The notes under the pieces: model-generated
Told to the model about the DNA's origin: nothing
What the model saw: the letters and a program-made list of their open reading frames with translations, nothing else
Database searches by the model: none
Translations under genes and position numbers: made by a program
Shown here: one piece after another, positions 12,330-24,266 of the stretch
Numbering within the stretch: the stretch's first letter is position 1
Layout: the number at the start of each line of letters is the position of its first letter
From: Hypanus sabinus
Lineage: Eukaryota
DNA: 64,000 nucleotides
Assembly: GCF_030144855.1 (NCBI RefSeq)
Contig: NC_082729.1
Span: 17,360,001 to 17,424,000 of the forward strand
Direction: 5' to 3'

Positions 12330-13410
12330 ATTCTACCTGGGAAACAAGGACACTTATGTCAGAATGCTGTTTCTGGATTTCAGTTCGGTATTCAACGTTA
12401 TTGTTCCACAGACTGTGGTGAACAAACTCTTACTCTTCAGTCCAAATATACCACTGTGCATCAGGGTGTTGGACTTCCTAACCAGACCTCAGGTTGTCAG
12501 GATGCACAACCGTTCCTCCCTCGCCATCATCCCCAGCACAAACGCCCCTTCACCCTCAGGGTGGTCTTGTGAGCCCATTGCTCTACAGTCTGCTCACAAA
12601 AGACTATTCGCGTGTTTGGCCATGCAATCACATTGTCAAGATTGCCAATGACATCACCAACTATGATGAGACAGTCTACAGGGAAGAGGTGGAAGAGCTA
12701 AAGGCCCGCTACTAGGCAAATAACTTCCTAAATGTCAGAAAGACAGCAGAGACGGTTATCGAATTCAGAACTCACACCACTCACCCCTCTCTTTACATTG
12801 GCAGCAGAATAACAGAAACTGCGAGCAGTTTCAAACTCCTGGGAGTGCACATCTCGCCCAAACTCTCATGTCCAAGAACACATTCTACACAGTCAGAAAA
12901 GCTCACCAACACCTCTACTTTCTGAGGAGCTGAAGAGAGCTGGACTATGCACATCAACACTTGCGACTTTCTATAGATGTGTATTAGAGAGCATCCTAAC
13001 CTGCATAATACATAAACTGCACTGCAGCAAACAGAAAGGCTCCACAATGGGGATTCAAACATGCCTAACACATCACTAGTACCAGTCTACCCAGCATCAG
13101 GGACATAGGTGCTGAAAAAGCTGTGCTGAAAGCTTCTTCCCGAAGTTTGATCAACACATCCACCACCAACCCACCCTTGCACACCCCCACCACTACTACT
13201 TTCTCATTTCCTGTCAGTCACCTCATGTACAGACACTCCTATGCCTAGCGTCACCTTATAGACATACAATAAGTGTATATAAACAAATAATATATTTGTT
13301 ATTTTTTATTATTATTGCATTTTTTGCTGCATTGGAAACGGAGTAACAACTATTTTGTTTTCCCTTACACTTGTGTATTGGAAATGACATTAAACAAGCT
13401 TAAATCTTGA
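12330..13410 (+). mobile_element. Rex/Babar-type LINE RT 3' fragment
   Basis: Peptides MLFLDFSSVFNVIVP and LSPLLYSLLT-like, followed by the 3'UTR and tail. Confidence 0.8.
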
Positions 13411-14039
13411 AATGTGGCCAGAGTGACATTACTGTAATATTACATCCCAACTTTATACTCTATGTCCTGACTGGTGACTGCCGGCGTTCCAAAGAACTCC
13501 TCCACTACCCTGTCCTGCAACCCGGTTTGAGAACCAGTCAGTTGGTTTGGTGAAAGGTTTGTCTGGTACGTTTGTCAAATGTGCCAGAGATCTTTAAGAC
13601 TTTACAGGGGAAGCTGAAGATGTCCTGTGTTTGGATTTTCAAGGCGCCACTTGAAAGGCTAGTGCACAAGACCGGGGCTCACAGTGCTGGGGTAGGTGTG
13701 TTAACATGGAATGAAGACTGGTTATCACATAGAAGACAGAAATAGAATAAACAGTACTTTTTCCAGATAGGGAGGATGTGAGGTGTCCCAGGTCTCTACA
13801 ATCGGATACAAAGTGGGTGAAAACCTGCTGAATGAAGCTTTATGTGGGAAAATGGTAGAAGGAATTGGCAGGCAGACTATCATTTATGTAAAAGGAAATT
13901 GTGAATGAGGGAAATAGAGAGGGACCCATGTGTTGACCTGCTCAACAAACCAGCAGACAGGAGCAGTGCAAGGGTTGGAAGGTGAACGGTGCAATGACAT
14001 TCATTGCTGGCTGGTTGGTGCAGACAAATACTAAAGTGA

Positions 14040-14745
14040 GTGAGCAGTTTTAAACTCCTGGGAGTGCAGATCACACACAACCTCTCATGGTCCCAGAACC
14101 CATCCTCCATAGTTAGGAAAGCTCACCATTTTCTTTACTTTCTGAGGAGGCTCAAGAATGCTGATCTGTGCACATCATTACTCAGAATCTTCGACAGATG
14201 TGCAGTGGAGTATCTGTATGGTACAGACACTGAACTGAAACGAACAGGAGAGCTGGACAACCAGAAGTGCAAACTGCCCAACACATCACCCGTACCATCC
14301 TACCCATCATCAACAAAATACTGTATATATACAGAAAGGTGCCAGATGAAGACCAGCCATATCATGAAGGATCTACCCACACTTCTTATGGACTGTTTGT
14401 TCCAATCCCATCAGGAAAATGCTATGCAGCATCCACACCAGGACCACTAGACTCAAAAACAATCGCATTCCCCAAGCCGTTAGGCTGATCAGCACCTCCG
14501 CCCATTAACCCCCACACTACCACTACATTCACATCACCAAGCATCACTGTATGTATTACATACAGTCTATATATAGAACAGTTACATGTACATTGTCTCA
14601 AAGAATTACTTCTATATTTATAGCTCTTTTTTATTGTGTTCTTGCTTATTGTGTTTTCTTATGCTGCATCAGAACTGAACTAACAATCCATTTTGTTCTC
14701 CTTTATAATCACATACTGAATAATGACAATAAACAGTCTTGAATC
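14040..14745 (+). mobile_element. Rex/Babar-type LINE 3' fragment nested in CR1 remnants
   Basis: ORF reads SSFKLLGVQITHNLSWSQNPSSIVRKAHHFLYFLRRLK. Confidence 0.8.
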
Positions 14746-15519
14746 ATTGTTACAGTGATGGATTTTGGCAAGTTAAAGCAGGCCAGGGCATACACAGTGA
14801 ACAACAGAGTCCTGGGGAGTGTGAATGAACAAAGAGACCTTTGGGTCTCAAGGTCGTGAAGAAGCTGCATGGCATGCTTACGTTCATTGGAGCAGGCAGT
14901 AAGAGGAGTTGGGACATCATATTAAGTTATACAATTCATCATTGTGCCACATCCAGAGCACGCTGTGCAGTTCTGGTCACCACACTATAGGTAATTAAGC
15001 TGGAAAGGTACAGAAAAGATTCACAGGAACGTTGCCTAGGCTGGAGGGATTGAGTTACAAGGAAAGATTGGATGGGCTGGGACTGTTTTCCCCAGCGTAA
15101 AGGAGGCTAAAGGGAGACCTGATATAAGTATGAGAGGTGTGGATAAGGTAGAGAGTCAGAATCATTTTCTTGCCATAATCCCCTAATTCTTAACCCTACC
15201 AACCCTTTACCCTCTGATTTGCTAATTAGGAAGTTTATATCCATTGTTCAACTCTTAACAGCTTCCTTAGCTGAACAATCATCCTGCTGATTCTTAAGGG
15301 CAGAGACCCTTAAGAAGCCAACATATAAACCAATACTTTGCATACAAAATAACGTTTGATGAGCTTCCAACAGTAAATATAACCTACGACAAGAATGCCA
15401 TGTTTTAAGATCTTCAAAACTGAAAAGGAATTTGAACAAATTTCAACTTTACATGGATAAATTTCCTGCACTGACTGTAAGCAACCAGTTCTGTGGAAGA
15501 TACTGATAAGTGGTTAGTA

Positions 15520-15690
15520 ACAACACACACAAAATGCTGGTGGAACACAGCAGGCCAGGCAGCATCTATAAGAAGCACTGTCGACGTCTCGGCCCGAAAC
15601 GTCCTTATAGATGCTGCCAGGCCTGCTGTGTTCCACCAGCATTTTGTGTGTGTTGTTTGAATTTCCAGCATCTGCAGATTTCCTCGTGTT
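15520..15690. mobile_element. Penelope-derived inverted (fold-back) short element
   Basis: acaacacacacaaaatgctggtggaacacagcaggcc... is followed by its own reverse complement. Similar units lie at ~5250, 12150, 26880, 30770, 53030 and 55155. Confidence 0.75.
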
Positions 15691-16379
15691 TGCTCTTTAA
15701 GTGGTTAGTAAGTTTTTTTTTAATATATAATTACCTGTAATTCAGGCACAATAACAGCCACACCAACATTCTCAGCTGAATGTTCTGTTGATTCATCTGT
15801 AAAAACTGGTTGCCATATCATAATAATTTTCTTAATATATTGATGAAGCAACTAACTCTCAATCATAACAGAATCCTCAGACTTTATTAAATTGTGTATC
15901 CTAGTATCAACTAAAGAAAAAGCAATTGGTTACCATTGGTCCACATTGTGTAATCCAACAAACCCATATTCCTCGGGTGATAAGAACCCAGCCACCCAAA
16001 GTAAAAACACTTTTCTTCTGATGTTCCTAACAGCCCCCCAGCACACTGGATCATCATTTTTTGCCCAGTCAAATTAATCCAGTACGTTCAAATAAACTTC
16101 AGCCCCCGCAATTGTGAGGGTAGTTGTTCCACTTCAGCCGAAACAAGGGACGACCTGTTTTACATATTTTCATAATATGGTACTATTATGTCTCATTGTT
16201 ATCCATTCACATGCCTAGAAATCTTGCCGCCGACACTTCAAGAATTTGGCCATATAGTTTCCTGTGAAGTGCAGAGCTACTAATTCGCTTTGTAAAACAT
16301 AACTTGATTCTTAGCTGTTGAAATTCCCTTCTATTTACCCACTGCTCATTTCATACTTGCCCCCCCCCCCCGCATTTGA

Positions 16380-16550
16380 CCGGAGGTTGCCGAGGGAACT
16401 TCGTCTGTGAAAAGGGTCCCACTGTGACGTCAGCACGCCATCGGCGGCCGATCGTAGGGTGTCACATGATGGTGAGCACAAACCCGAGAGGAAGGAAAGA
16501 GGGAGCTGTCAATCAGAGGAGGTGCTGGGACCTTTGTGAACTTTGTAAGT
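16380..16550 (+). promoter_or_regulatory. Small CpG-rich promoter-like patch
   Basis: Full CRE TGACGTCA (16425-16432), E-box GTCACATGA (16461-16469), CTGTCAATCA (16506-16515), and GTAAGT donor (16545-16550). Confidence 0.45.
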
Positions 16551-18318
16551 AGGTCACTAAACCCTTCATGAAAACAAAGAGCGTCACCGAAAAACATTTG
16601 TCAAAGTAAATTTATTGTCAAACTATGTATACGCCATCATATAGTATTTTAAGAATCATTTTCTTACATGCATTTGCAGGAAAATAAATACTTTACAATA
16701 AAATTTATGAAAACAAAATATAGTACAGACTGACAAACAACTAATGTACGAAAGAGGGCAAATCTTGCAAATAATAAAAACAATATATAATTTTCAAAAC
16801 ATAAATTGTACAGAACTTGAAGGGGAGCCAGTAGGTTGTCGACTTTAGAGTTCAACTTTAGAATTCAAAGTTCAATGTAAAATTTATGATCAGAGTACAT
16901 ACATATCACCACATACAACCATGAGATTCATCTTCTGCGGGCATACTAAGCAAATATGTAGAATAGGAACAGTAAACATAGTCAATGGACAGCAAACTGT
17001 GCAAATGCAAATATAAATAAATAGCAATAAATAACGAGCATGAAGTAACAAGACAGAGTCCTGAAAGTGACACCATTGGCTCTGGGAACACCAGAAGTAG
17101 AACAAGTGTGGTTATCTTATTTTGTTCAAGAGCTTGAGGTTAGTAACTATTCTTGAAGTTGAGGCACTCGTACCTTTGACCTGATGGCAGCAGCGACAAA
17201 AGAGCATGGCCTGGGATTTGAGAATCTTTGATGATGGCTGCTGCTTTTCTACATCAATGTTTCCTGCAGATCTACTGAATAGTTGGGAGGGTTTCACCCG
17301 TGATGTACTGGGCCAAATCAACAACCTGCTTTTAGGATTTTCCGCTCAAAGGCATTGGTGTCCCCATACCAGGTCATAATACAGCCAGTTAGCACACTTT
17401 CCACCACCTATTTGTAGAAATTTCTAAAGGTTTTTGATGACATGCCGAGCCTCCGCAGATTCCTGCGGAAGTTGAAGTGCTGCCATGCTTTCTTTGCAAT
17501 TATATTTATATGATGGTTCCAGGACAGGTCCTCTGAGATAGTGACACCTGGGAATTTCATCCAGTGAAGTTATCTCTGCTGCTTCAAGAGCATGACCAGT
17601 GTAGAGTAATAACTCTTCCTGAACCTGGTGGCGAGGAACCTCAGGCTCCTCGACCTTCTTTCTCATGAGCAGTGAGAAGAGGCCATGGTGTGGATGATGG
17701 ATGCTGCTTTCTCATGGCAGTGCTCCTTGTCAATGTGCAGAATGATGGAGAGAGCAATGCTTGTGATGAACTGAGCTGTATCTATCTCTTTTTGGAGACT
17801 TCTCTATTCCCAGGCATTTGTGTTTCCGGACCAGGCCGTAATCCAACCAGTCAGGATACTCTCCTCTGTGCATCTATATTAGTATGTCAAAGGGATACCA
17901 AGATAGTAACTTCTGGATTACTCCAAGTGCCACAGGATAGTGCAGGTTGGAATGGGGTGATAGCATGGATTCATGAGCAGCTGAGGAGATGGTGCAGGAG
18001 ACAGGATTTCAAGTTTTTGAATCATTGGAACATTTTCTGAGGAGGGGCTGACTTGCACAACAGGAACAGATTGCACCTGATCGCCAGAGGAAACAATATC
18101 TTGGCCAAGTGGTTTGCTCATAATATTCAGGAGAGTTTTGCAGCAGTTGGGAACTGGAGCACCAGGTCAGTAAGTGAAGGATAAGACTTAGAAGGTAGAT
18201 GTCAAGGAAAATATTGAATAGTGGAATCAAAATAACAAGTAGCATGGGGCAGATAGAATGATGTGTGTATATTTTAATAGTAAAAGTATTATGAGTAAGG
18301 GAGATGATCTCTCCCTCA

Positions 18319-18356
18319 AGGAAGGAAGGAAGGAAGGAAGGAAGGAAGGAAGGAAA
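18319..18356 (+). repeat. (GGAA)n microsatellite
   Basis: About nine tandem GGAA units. Confidence 0.95.
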
Positions 18357-18510
18357 GGGGAAGTGGGAAGAGGGGAGGGGGAAGGGGAGGATACATTTTG
18401 CTTTTTCAGGAGGATCTTTGTATTTGATTTTTACTTCAAGGTCAGGAAATGCATTTAAATTAATTAATTTAATTTGACACTTTGTATTTTAAACAACAAG
18501 CATATCAATC

Positions 18511-18790
18511 AGGGAAGCATGGAAGGGTAGCGGCTAACAAAATGTTCTACAGTACCAGGGATCTGGGATCAATTCTTGTCGCAGCCTGCAGGGAATTTGA
18601 ATGTTCTCCCTTTGACCAAGTGTATTTCCTACTGGTGCCCTGGTTTCCTCCCACAGTCCAAAGACGTACTGGTCAGTAGGTTAATTAGTCTTTGTAAATT
18701 GTCCCATAATTAGGTTTGAATTCAAATGGGGGATGCTGGGCAGCAAAGGAGGAAAGGCAGGAAGGGCCTATTCCATGCTTATCCCCAAAA
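18511..18790 (+). mobile_element. tRNA-derived V-SINE (HE1-like)
   Basis: Degenerate tRNA head followed by a V-domain-like core tgttctccc...ggtttcctcccacagtccaaagac. Confidence 0.75.
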
Positions 18791-20040
18791 AAATCGATAA
18801 ATATCCAGGTTGATAGATATCTATCTATATAGATAGATTAATTGAGAGAGAAGGAAACAGAGAGAAAGGTGATAAATAAATTCATAATTTAGCTTCTAAA
18901 ACATTGTTCCATGTGAATTATTGGCTCTGCTATAATACTCAGTTCTGAGTTTCATCTGACAAGGAATCGACCAAACAAAGGGGTGTTGGCCTGAAATATA
19001 CCCTGAGCATGTAGGAATTCCAGACATTGTCATTACTGTGCTAATTCAAAAACCCCAAATTGAATATAAATGATAAAACCGAAGAGTTTGATAACCCCAT
19101 GACAGCATTCCTAATGAGACACCTGCAAAGTACAGTGAAAAACCAGAGCTTGTGAAAAAATGAACAATTAGACATAGAAGGAAGACAATCTAAGGACAAC
19201 GCATACTCACCAGATGAAATAGAGAATAAAAAAAAGTCCACATACTGGCTTTCAAAAAAAGTTATTTTTTGACAAATGATTTTATCATGACTGATCCAGT
19301 TTTCCTCTCAACTCCAATGTCCTGGCCTTTGTCCCCATAGCCTTTGATCAAGAAATCAGGAATCTATCCAGAAACTGCTTTAAATATACATAAAGATTTG
19401 GCCTCCAGTACAATGTCTTTTCCACTTTAAAAAACTTCCACATCTCCTGCCATTGTTGGATGTTTCAGATAAGCATCGGTAGTTTTGGTAGTGTTCTGAT
19501 TTGTTCTGTATGTCATTTAAATACCGAATTTGTTACTCAGTTAGATGGTAGTTTGTCATTTTTATAAGGTTTTAACTATTTCCATGAAACTTCTGCTAAT
19601 TGGGCCAAATGTAGTGGTCCTGATCTGAATCCACTGTAATACCTTGAGATTCATTTTCTTGCAGGCATTCACAGTGAAAATGAAGAAACACAATAAAATC
19701 TATGAAAAACCACACATGAACAAAGACTGACAAAAAAACAATGTGCAAAAGATGACAAACTGCGAACATGAGTTGTAAGAGTCCTTGAAATTGAGTCTGT
19801 AGGTTGTGGAATCAGTGCAGAGTTGAAGTGAGTTAAGTTATTCACGCTGGCTTACGGTACAGGACCTATGGCTCCAGCAACTCCTGCCCAACATTAGTAG
19901 AAGAGATATGAAAGGTTACAAGGAGAAAGCCAGTAAGTGGGACCCAGGACAGGAAAAAAAGGGTCAACCATTATTGAATGGCAGAGTAAGCTCAATAGGC
20001 CAAGTGACTAGTTCTTCTCTTATATCTTATAGTCTTATTA

Positions 20041-21322
20041 CTTCAAGCTGATCCAAACTGTCCTGTAGCAGTCTTCATATTCAGAAATATCTTCTAAAAC
20101 CTTTTGTTTGCAAATGACTACTTTACTTAAATCAATCTGTGTTGGGGTTTGTTCTTCCAATCATTTCTTAATTGCATACCAATCATCTGGTAAATTCTGC
20201 TTACCCTCTCCTCCATCATCCTCAGATTGACATCACTGGGCCTTGGAGTTCCCAAGATGGTGCTGTTTCTGAGGTCAATTCAGTATTGCTGCATTCCACC
20301 ATGTGACATCACTGTTAATACTGCCCACCAAAGGTCTTTGCTGTGCATTGCAACTTTGTCTGTTTCTAACTCTGAAAAATGTGACTCCTCACGGCTACAT
20401 TTATCATGTTGTTTTGTCACTCCATCAGTTTACAAGGAAATCCATTTGTTTACTATCTCTATCATACTGTTCCTTCAGCATGTGACACATTCCTTCCTTT
20501 TCTCCCAATTGATTAGTTATTTACTTGCTAGTTTATTCACCATGTGCTTGCTTTAAATTACACACTTGATTTTCTAACCTGACACCTTCACATTTAAATC
20601 CATTTCTAGCTTCTAGCTTGGCATGGTCATGCTTTCTTAGCCCTGATAATACAGTTTTAAAAAAAAAAATTCCCAACCACATTTTCTGAATCTTATATTC
20701 CATGTCTTTTGAACATCACTCATAAGACAAGTTCCACTAGACTCAGCATCAATAGCATATTTCTTCCAGACTTTTTTCACTAATGGCATCAAATTCAGTT
20801 GTTCAAATAGGTACTAAAACCCTCTGTTATCTGTCCTCTCTAGCTGGAGACTCTGCACTTTGTTTCTCAACTTTGGCCATTGTCTTAGTTGGATCAATGA
20901 GTACTTTTCACTTAGATGACAATCACAGTATTAGAATCACAATCCAAAATGTATAACTAGAGTTAAAACCTTAAGTATCAAGAGTCACAACCCAAAATAT
21001 TTTCATAGTGCTGTGCCCAAAAAGTATCAGAAAATTATTAAACAGACACTTATCATACTGAAATAAGGCAAATTCGTAAGATATGAGAAGTTATACATGT
21101 ATAGCATGTTTAACAGTCAGTTAAAAATGAAAGGTGATAAAACTGCTATATAACTATTATATCATTTTGCCACCAGTAGGTGGAGCTTAACATCATATAT
21201 TATAAAAAATACAAGTTAAAAATACAATTTATATGTTAGTGAAACTAGAATTTTTGTTTTGCTAAAAGCTCATTAATTCAATTAATACCGTACTAAAAAT
21301 ATAAGAACAACTGATTCCAACA
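20041..21322 (-). mobile_element. ERV remnant 2: LTR-like start plus gag fragments
   Basis: Begins TGTTGGAATC at 21322. Minus strand 20160-20041 reads LEEQTPTQIDLSKVVICKQKVLEDISEYEDCYRTVW, which resembles a capsid major-homology region. Confidence 0.55.
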
Positions 21323-22997
21323 CTTTCGATCTCCATGCTCTTGAATTAGGTCTGCTAACATGTGTTTCTCATTGATACAAAGGGTAAATGATTTACCTGT
21401 GTCAGGGATTATTAATGCAGGTGCAGTACACAATATCATCTTTAAAACTTGAAATGCTTTCAGTTGTTCTTCATTAGGAATCACGGGGTTGTCCGAGCCC
21501 TTGCTGACCTTCAGCTGATTGTTGAGTGGTTGAGCAACAGTTGATGGATCTGTCACTAGCTTGTCAATACATTAATTAGCAATGGACCCTGATGAAGAGT
21601 CTTGGTTCAAAGGTTTGACTGTTTACACTTTTGTATAGATGCTGCCTGACGTGCTGAATTACTCCACCATTTTGTGTGCCGCACAGTTGAAGTTGCTGCC
21701 TGTGCTTTCTGACATTGTTTCCATTTATTTTTGAGCCGTGAGCAATTTACATCAATTGAATTAAAAAGAGAAGAAATTCTGCAGATGCTGGTAATCCAGA
21801 ACAATTCACACCAACACAAGTACCTCCAGCATTTTCTGCATGTGACTTTGAATTACAATCTTGTTCTTTCGCTCGTTGGTTAATGCAAAGATTTGCTCTT
21901 TGGGCATTTCACTGTTTCTATCGTGTTTTTGTAGTTCATCATAAGCTTTGTGTTTCTTTCAATTAGTAAAAGATTTACTCATCCTATTACACTTTAATCA
22001 GTCACACATTTAATCAAACTAACCAGATGCTCTTGTCTCTAAATCAATAACAAACATTTCAAGACTCTTATCCCATACGTTCACAATATCACCTAGGAGC
22101 CATATTTCATTAGATTTAACATTATAGGTATATTTCAATAATCTTATCAAAATTGAATGTTTCACAACTTTTGGCCATTGCTTTGATGCAATCTTAAATA
22201 CATACATACTTTTACTTTGATCGCAATCTTGAATTTTTAACAGGTTGTCCTGCAAACTGAATTTTCCCCATGCTCTGCTCGCTTCCACAATTTCGTTAGC
22301 CTTTTTATCTGTGCTCTACTGCCTGTATGAATTTAATTTTTTGAAGTTTGCCCTTCTTTTTAACAGATGTTTATTTAAAAAAAGCAACACAACAGTCCTC
22401 CATCCTGATTTCCCTCTGGTAATGTAAAAGCCAGAGCTAGTTTTTTTTCTCAGACAATTTACAACATAAAATGAAGTTCTTACCCCATTTTTAGGTGCCA
22501 AATATTCTTTCATTGTTTTGGATTATTCTGAGCTCTAAGTGCTGACGACTACTCCAATTGGCGAATTTAGTGTTTCAATCCAAGGTACTTTTAAAAGTCA
22601 GGAACGAGGCATGAACTTGTTGCTTCACCATCGTTTTATTAAAAGTTGATAGGAGTGGAACAGTGGCAGGGGTCTACTACTTGAAGAAGAGAGAGAAGCA
22701 AAAGATGGCACACCTGGCATAAAACAGCTACTTCTAAGCCAGAAACTAAGAAAAACCCCATTCAAATCTAAATATGATAATCCACTTAGAAAGAACTGAG
22801 TCAATACTGCAGCAAAAATTAACTAATGACAAAACACTTACTTAATGAATTGCAAAGAAGCCCCAGAATTACACTTTGTATAGCCACTATAGGCATATGA
22901 AACTGTAATGAATACAATGGCTGCGTAAAATACAAGGTTAATAATTGTTAAACTGCAGAGACAATAATACTTTAAAATTAAACATTAGGATCCAACA
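21323..22997 (-). mobile_element. ERV remnant 1 (gamma/epsilon-like): LTR 22559-22997, PBS(Ser) 22539-22556, gag-like and pol connection-domain fragments
   Basis: LTR has TG...CA ends and an AATAAA. PBS TGGAGTAGTCGTCAGCAC matches the tRNA-Ser complement TGGCGTAGTCGGCAGGAT at 14/18. Pol peptide AQPL...KAFQVLKMILCTAPALIIPDTGKSFTLCINEK resembles MLV-type [21 protein letters not shown]. Confidence 0.75.
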
Positions 22998-24266
22998 GGC
23001 TCTCGGTACCTGTGCACTCGATTCACGGTGATAATACATTCTAAAGCTCACTTAGATTTCCGGGTAACAACAGTGCCATTGAAAGTGTTGACAAACTCTG
23101 CCAAATAGTATCATCGGTCAGTATTTTTTATCAGGGTTTAGCAGGCAATTTAACACAGCAAGCTTCCACAGGCAATATACTCAATGTCAACAGGCACCGT
23201 GCCTGTCAAAAGTCAAAGTCAACCTGGTTTTTTCTGTCAATCAGCTTCCAAACGTTGCTACTCTGTCACTTGTGGCCACACCCCCTGCTCATCATCATCT
23301 CTTCTTACCCCTACCTCTGTGCAGAGTACCAAACTGTGCCCTGTGCTGCCACGTCGCTGGTTTCTGACCCTGCTCCAGTGGGCATCCAACGAATGGTTCT
23401 CCATTCTGCTTTCAGACTTTCAAGGACAGTGGTTTATAGTGACAACCAAACTCTGTGTGTCACAGCTCTTTAGAAGCAGTGAAAGTGACCATAATGTTGG
23501 AATGACCAGGGAATAAGTTGGTTAACTACCAATTTCAGTCTTTCTCAGGCCACAGATTTGTGGGGCAAAGAACAGGTTAGTCACCACTGCAGTCAGCTCA
23601 CCCTCTTCAGTCTGCGGAAAGTCAAGCAGGAAACTTATGGGAAACCTCTTCACCCACAGATGAACAGCAGGAAAGGATTTAAAAGGAATATCATGAAACA
23701 GAAATAATAACAGGCTGTGCTGAGTCTATTCCCTACTGTAAAAAGGGAGTGATGTAGATTCACTCAATACCTGAGACAGAGTTTCAAATAGAACTGATTT
23801 ATTTGTCATGGATCCAGAATATTAAACTCCAGTCCTATTAAACGAGAACATCAGCAGAAAAAAACTCCTTCCATGCCCAGTGACCAGGGTATAGAACTGG
23901 GTTTGATGAACAGCAGCAACAATTGCAAAGTTCAACACCAACAATGACTTTTGAACTTGCGTCTGGATTCAGCAACCAGAATGATTAAATATCCAGCATG
24001 TAGCTTACTTAAACTGTTTCCCCAGTGTGAATTTGATAGTGTGTCACAAGGTTGGATGAGTGAGTGAATCCCTTCCCACAGAGCAGGCTAATGCTCTCCC
24101 ACCCACCAATGTGAACTCAATGATGCACCTTCAGTTGAGATGACCAAATGAATTCCATTCCACAGTCTGAGCAGGTGAACGGTCTCTCCCCAGTGTGAAC
24201 TAACTGGCATTGCAGTAGGGCAGATGACCGAGTTAGTCCCTTTCCAAAGACTGAGCAGATGAATGG

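Noticed and set aside
18258-18458. KEGR-repeat peptide
   Set aside because: Translation of a (GGAA)n microsatellite.
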